From: Labilithrix sp.
Lineage (GTDB): Bacteria; Myxococcota_A; Polyangia; Polyangiales; Polyangiaceae
Reading direction: 5' to 3'
Assembly: GCA_044227045.1 (NCBI GenBank)
Contig: JBGAFW010000002.1
Coordinates: 131,457 to 195,456 of the forward strand
Length of the DNA: 64,000 bases
This document shows, piece by piece, positions 60,086-64,000 of this stretch. The position numbers and the translations under genes are program-made. The first letter of the stretch is position 1, and every line of letters begins with the position of its first letter. The notes under the pieces are model-generated. The model saw only the letters and a program-made list of their open reading frames with translations, searched no databases and was not told where the DNA came from.

Positions 60086-60409
60086 TCAGAACTTGACCGA
60101 AGAACCGCAGCCGCAGGAACCCGTGACGTTCGGGTTGTTGAACTTGAAGCCCGAGCCGTGCACGCCTTCGACGTAGTCGATCTCGGTGTCCTCGAGGTAC
60201 TGGAAGCTGAGCGGGTCGACGTAGAGCTTCACGCCCTTCGACTCGAACTCCTCATCCATGTCGGTCGTCTGATCCTCGAAGTAGAGATCGTACGTGAAGC
60301 CAGCGCATCCGCCGCCGACGACACGAAGACGAAGGCCTTGGTTGGCCAAGTCCTCTGCCGCTGCAATCTCTCGTACCTTCTCTGCAGCGCGGTCCGTAAT
60401 CGTGATCAT
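60086..60409 (-). CDS. erpA: Iron-sulfur cluster insertion/carrier protein (HesB/IscA/ErpA family)
   Basis: 107 aa. MITITDRAAEKV...GGGCAGF...SCGCGSSF has three conserved Cys, including the C-terminal CGCG. Confidence 0.8.
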   Translation of the reverse strand: MITITDRAAEKVREIAAAEDLANQGLRLRVVGGGCAGFTYDLYFEDQTTDMDEEFESKGVKLYVDPLSFQYLEDTEIDYVEGVHGSGFKFNNPNVTGSCGCGSSVKF

Positions 60410-60506
60410 GAGGTGACTATAGTGACATTTGCGGCGATTCGCCAGGGTCGGCGCAAGTCCTGCACGCGGTGGTTGTCGGGGGCCACGAGCTGGTCCCACG
60501 ACCTGA

Positions 60507-61916
60507 TCAGTTTCCGTCTTCGTCCGGATCGCGCGGTCCCCGCGGCTTGCTTGGGCCGAGCGGTGACGCGGACGACGAAGCGGCTGGGCGCAAAGGCTGA
60601 GATTCTGGCCCGGAGATCCGCGCGACGATGCCGCCGTCGCAGGTGACGGCGAACGCGCCGGCGCCGAACGGCGTGAGGCCGACAACACCCGAGCGAACGC
60701 CCTTCGTGCAGAGGATCTCGCCGATGGTGTCCACCGCGCCCTCGGGGCTGACGACCCCGATGTGCCCGTCGGTGGCGGCAAATGCGACCGCCCCGCGTGC
60801 GTCAACGAGCGGTCCGGTATGCGGTGGGGCCGCGAGCGGAGGGACGCCGCCGTCGGGCAACGTCGGTGGGGTGAACGACGCGATCGGCGCGCGGAGCAGC
60901 TCGGCGCCGGCCGCGTCGAGCGTGACGACGAAGCCGCGGCTGTGCGTCAGCGCCAACGTGGTCGCGATGGACGAGCTCCCCGCCGATCGAACCGAAGGCG
61001 GACCGAGGTAGAGGCCCTGCGCCGCGATCGCGCGCGTCGATCGTCCGCCACGCACGATGTCGACCTCGGCGATCTGGTTGCCTTCGATCACGCCGACGAG
61101 CGTGTTTCCGTCGACCAAGGCGGCTCCGCCGTCGACCGGGGCGCCGAACGAGCCGAGACGAACAGGCTCACGACCCGGCGTCCACCCGAACACGGCGCCC
61201 GACGCCGTCACCGCGAGGATCTTGTCGCCCGCGGCGATGAGAGGAGCGGCCGGCTGCTCGGGGAGCGACACGCGCGAGCGCACGTTGCCCTCGGCGTCGA
61301 GCACGATGAGGTCGGTGAGCGTCGCGACGACGACGCCGCCGTCATCGAGCGCAAGCGGAGCCGCGCGCGTGTTGCGTTCGCCGCCGATGCGCGTCGAGAA
61401 GCGGAGGCTGCTCGTGCTGCCGCTGCTCGGTGAGACGGTGTTCGCGGTCACGCTTGGTCGACGAACGCCGATCGCGTTGCCGCTGCTCGTCATGTAGACG
61501 ATCGTGCCGTCGGAGGTCATCGTCGCGGGGCCGACCTGCGCCGCGCCGACCTTCACCGTCGCGCGCTCGTCGCCCGCTTCGTCGAGGAACGTGACATCGC
61601 CGCGCACCGAGACGACCGCGAGCGTTCCATCGCGGCCCGAGAGCGCAGGTTGCTCGATCGTGAGCCCGGTCGTCTTTCGCCATGCGATGCGAAGCGTCCC
61701 GCTCGGAAGCGGCGTCTTCGAGAGGCCGCTTCGTCGCGCGTCGACGCGCGCCATCGGTGCATTGCCGGGAGCGGGGCCGACGACGAACGCTGTGGGCCTT
61801 CGCGGATCGATCCGCTGCGCTTCGGCGCTGCGATCCTGGAGACCGAGCGCAAGGCCGGCCGCCGCGGCGATCGCGACGATGAAGGCGGTGCGTCGGGCGG
61901 TGAGGAACGTTGCCAA
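60507..61916 (-). CDS. Secreted beta-propeller repeat protein (PQQ/BamB-like repeats)
   Basis: Signal peptide. Repeated blades (DGTIVYMTSSGNAIGV, GGVVVATLTDLIVLDAEGNV, GDKILAVTASGAVFGW, NTLVGVIEGNQIAEVDI, DGHIGVVSPEGAV). Confidence 0.55.
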   Translation of the reverse strand: MATFLTARRTAFIVAIAAAAGLALGLQDRSAEAQRIDPRRPTAFVVGPAPGNAPMARVDARRSGLSKTPLPSGTLRIAWRKTTGLTIEQPALSGRDGTLAVVSVRGDVTFLDEAGDERATVKVGAAQVGPATMTSDGTIVYMTSSGNAIGVRRPSVTANTVSPSSGSTSSLRFSTRIGGERNTRAAPLALDDGGVVVATLTDLIVLDAEGNVRSRVSLPEQPAAPLIAAGDKILAVTASGAVFGWTPGREPVRLGSFGAPVDGGAALVDGNTLVGVIEGNQIAEVDIVRGGRSTRAIAAQGLYLGPPSVRSAGSSSIATTLALTHSRGFVVTLDAAGAELLRAPIASFTPPTLPDGGVPPLAAPPHTGPLVDARGAVAFAATDGHIGVVSPEGAVDTIGEILCTKGVRSGVVGLTPFGAGAFAVTCDGGIVARISGPESQPLRPAASSSASPLGPSKPRGPRDPDEDGN

Positions 61917-61926
61917 GGCGAGCCTG

Positions 61927-63963
61927 CTATTTCTTTCCGGCGCTCTTCACGACCGTGAGGAGCGAGCCTTCGATGTCAGGCACGGTCTTGCCGCCCGAGC
62001 TTACGGTCCCGATCACCGTGCCGTAGGCGTGAATCGTGTCGCCGCGCGCCACCTTCGCGAGGTCTTCTCCCTGAACGAGGCGGAGGATGCAGCCGCCGGC
62101 CGCGCACGCCTTCTTCTCTTCGATCAAGAGGACGGTGTGTCCCTGCGCGACGCGGGTCTCGAGCACCTCGCCGTCAATCACGACGCGCTGACCGAGCTTC
62201 GACGCGGGATCGGCGCCGTACACGTCGAAGGCGACAGGCGTCTTCGCGTCGAGCGCCTTGGCGCCCGCGTCGAGGGAGGCGACACGCGTGACGCGCGCTC
62301 GCATCGTGCGGGGCGCGAGCGGCGGGGCGTTCGCGGTGATCGTGAGGACCTTCTCGCCTTCGGCAGGGAGCTCGACGCGCACGCCGAAGTGCCCTTTTTC
62401 ATCGAGCGCGACGTTCTGGCCGTCGATCGTCAGCGTACCGCCGGGCTTCGTCTGACCGGCGACGTTCGCGGTGGTTCGATCGGTGTAGAGCTCGCGACCG
62501 GGCGCGTCGACATGCAACGGCACGACGCCCGTGTGCACGACGAGCTGACCCGCCTCGGGGGCGGCGGCGCCCTTCGGCTTGATCGAGAACGGGATCTTCT
62601 TGTCGAGCGCCTTCTGCTCGTCGCTCGGACCGTCGACCTCGGCGCTGACGTCGATCGGATGCGCCGCCTTGCCGTTCGCGTCGAGCGCGACGGGCTTGCC
62701 GTCGACGGAGATCTCGGTACCAGGGAGCGCCTCGACGCGCACGGTGATGACCGGTGGCGCGTTCGTGAGCGTCGTGAGGTCGGCCTTCACGCGATACGCG
62801 ACCGGCACGTGGATCTTCACCGACTCGTCGCGCCCCGAGGCAGGGCGATCGATCTGCATCGTGAGGTCGTTGTCGCCGATGGAGAGAGGCGCGGGGAGGG
62901 GAAGGACCGCGCCACCGGCCTGCACCGTCGCCGAGGACGCGCCGAGCGTGATCGTCGTGCCGTCGGGGCACGACTCGCAGCGGATCTTGAGCGACTCTTT
63001 TCCTGACTCGTCGAGCTGCGGCTGCGCGCTGAGCGGCGCACCGGAGCGCCAGATGAAGAGCCCGGCGCCGCCCGCGACGACCGCGACGAGGACGAACACG
63101 ATCGCGACGACGGCGATCGCGGGGATGCCTTTCTTTGCGGGCTTGCGCGGCGCTTCGGGGAGCGGCTCCATCACGAGCGGCGCAGGTGCTGGGACGATCG
63201 GCGGCGCGGCCTGACGCTGACGCGACGAGGACGGCGGCGGTCCGCCAAGATGCGGCTGCGAGCGGGGCGCGGCGGCGATGCGCTGGTCCGAAGCCGGGTG
63301 GCGAGGCTGCTCGGGCGGCGGCGCGTGGCCGGCCGGCGGCGCGTTGCCGAGCGGCGCGATGCCTGGCATGGCGACGCCGATCAGCGTGCCTGCGACTTGC
63401 GGAGGACCTGCGGGCGCCGGGTCGCGTGTCGGGGCGATGCCCGGAATGGCGACGCCCATCATCGTCTTCTGCGCCGTCGGAAACGCAGGAGGCGGCTGCT
63501 GCGTAGGTGCTTGCTGTTGCGCTCGCTGCGAGGCGGGCGGCAAGTCGACGGCGGGCATCCCCAACATCGTCCCCGCCGCGCCGAGCGAGACGGTCCCGCC
63601 CAGCGGGTGACCAGGTGGCTGCACCGGCGGCGTGGAGGCCGGGTTGTGCACGGGATTGGGTGCAGTCTGCACGGGATTGGGTGCAGTCTGCACGGGATTG
63701 GGTGCAGTCTGCACGGGATTGGGTGCAGTTTGCACGGGTTGCGCGGCGGCCTGCGCGGCGCTCGGAAGCGACGTGCCAGACGCTTTGGCCTGGAGCTTGG
63801 CCGCTTCGAGGACGTCGGACGCGGAGATCCCGCCGAGCATCAACGTCTTGCCAAACGTCGGCTCGGCCGCAGGCGGCGCAGGAGCAGGTGCCGGCGCAGG
63901 CGCGGCTGCGACGACGGGCGCCACCACGACGGGCGCCACCGCGACCGCCTTCTCCTCGAGCAT
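61927..63963 (-). CDS. Pro-rich repeat protein with single TM helix and C-terminal beta-sandwich (PEGA-like) repeats; N-terminus may extend beyond the window
   Basis: (PVQTAPN)x4 tandem repeat. TM IPAIAVVAIVFVLVAVVAGGAGLFIW. Repeated ...VDGKPVALDANG / IDGQNVALDEKG modules. Confidence 0.5.
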   Translation of the reverse strand: MLEEKAVAVAPVVVAPVVAAAPAPAPAPAPPAAEPTFGKTLMLGGISASDVLEAAKLQAKASGTSLPSAAQAAAQPVQTAPNPVQTAPNPVQTAPNPVQTAPNPVHNPASTPPVQPPGHPLGGTVSLGAAGTMLGMPAVDLPPASQRAQQQAPTQQPPPAFPTAQKTMMGVAIPGIAPTRDPAPAGPPQVAGTLIGVAMPGIAPLGNAPPAGHAPPPEQPRHPASDQRIAAAPRSQPHLGGPPPSSSRQRQAAPPIVPAPAPLVMEPLPEAPRKPAKKGIPAIAVVAIVFVLVAVVAGGAGLFIWRSGAPLSAQPQLDESGKESLKIRCESCPDGTTITLGASSATVQAGGAVLPLPAPLSIGDNDLTMQIDRPASGRDESVKIHVPVAYRVKADLTTLTNAPPVITVRVEALPGTEISVDGKPVALDANGKAAHPIDVSAEVDGPSDEQKALDKKIPFSIKPKGAAAPEAGQLVVHTGVVPLHVDAPGRELYTDRTTANVAGQTKPGGTLTIDGQNVALDEKGHFGVRVELPAEGEKVLTITANAPPLAPRTMRARVTRVASLDAGAKALDAKTPVAFDVYGADPASKLGQRVVIDGEVLETRVAQGHTVLLIEEKKACAAGGCILRLVQGEDLAKVARGDTIHAYGTVIGTVSSGGKTVPDIEGSLLTVVKSAGKK

Positions 63964-64000
63964 CGGCGGAGCTCCGCCAGGATTCGGCGCCGTCTTTGCC

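Overview
This is a high-GC (~70%) bacterial chromosome segment with strong Myxococcota character. Evidence for that lineage: many lipobox lipoproteins (L-A-A-C-G-S type), a myxococcal-style cysteine-rich repeat protein, a giant Ser/Thr kinase-TPR protein and a bactofilin. I call about 55 protein genes plus one RNA gene (RNase P RNA, rnpB). Housekeeping genes include metH, bfr/bfd, gloB, maf, erpA-like, ygfZ-like, add, kamDE, a 3-methyladenine glycosylase and a peroxiredoxin. They are interleaved with secreted or outer-membrane functions: a lipase-FadL lipid-uptake operon, two S1 proteases, a sulfatase, an OmpA/Pal-like protein, an LptD-like protein, and beta-propeller lipoproteins. Most long ORFs on the strand opposite the called genes are Ala/Arg-rich frame shadows typical of high-GC DNA and were rejected. 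Observations worth a second look: (i) a dispersed family of tandem 45-bp palindromic intergenic repeats at three loci; (ii) a kinase/FHA-AAA+ pair abutting stop-to-stop, where the enhancer-binding-like protein lacks both the GAFTGA motif and a DNA-binding domain; (iii) a low-GC (~55%) island carrying a trypsin-like protease, likely horizontally acquired; (iv) a cluster of four DnaA-box-like 9-mers in a convergent intergenic region; (v) an AT-rich palindromic operator-like site upstream of bfd; (vi) kamD and kamE separated by a small opposite-strand gene; (vii) rnpB abutting the 3' end of a glycosyltransferase gene. All coordinates of shortened starts are approximate to within a few nt.
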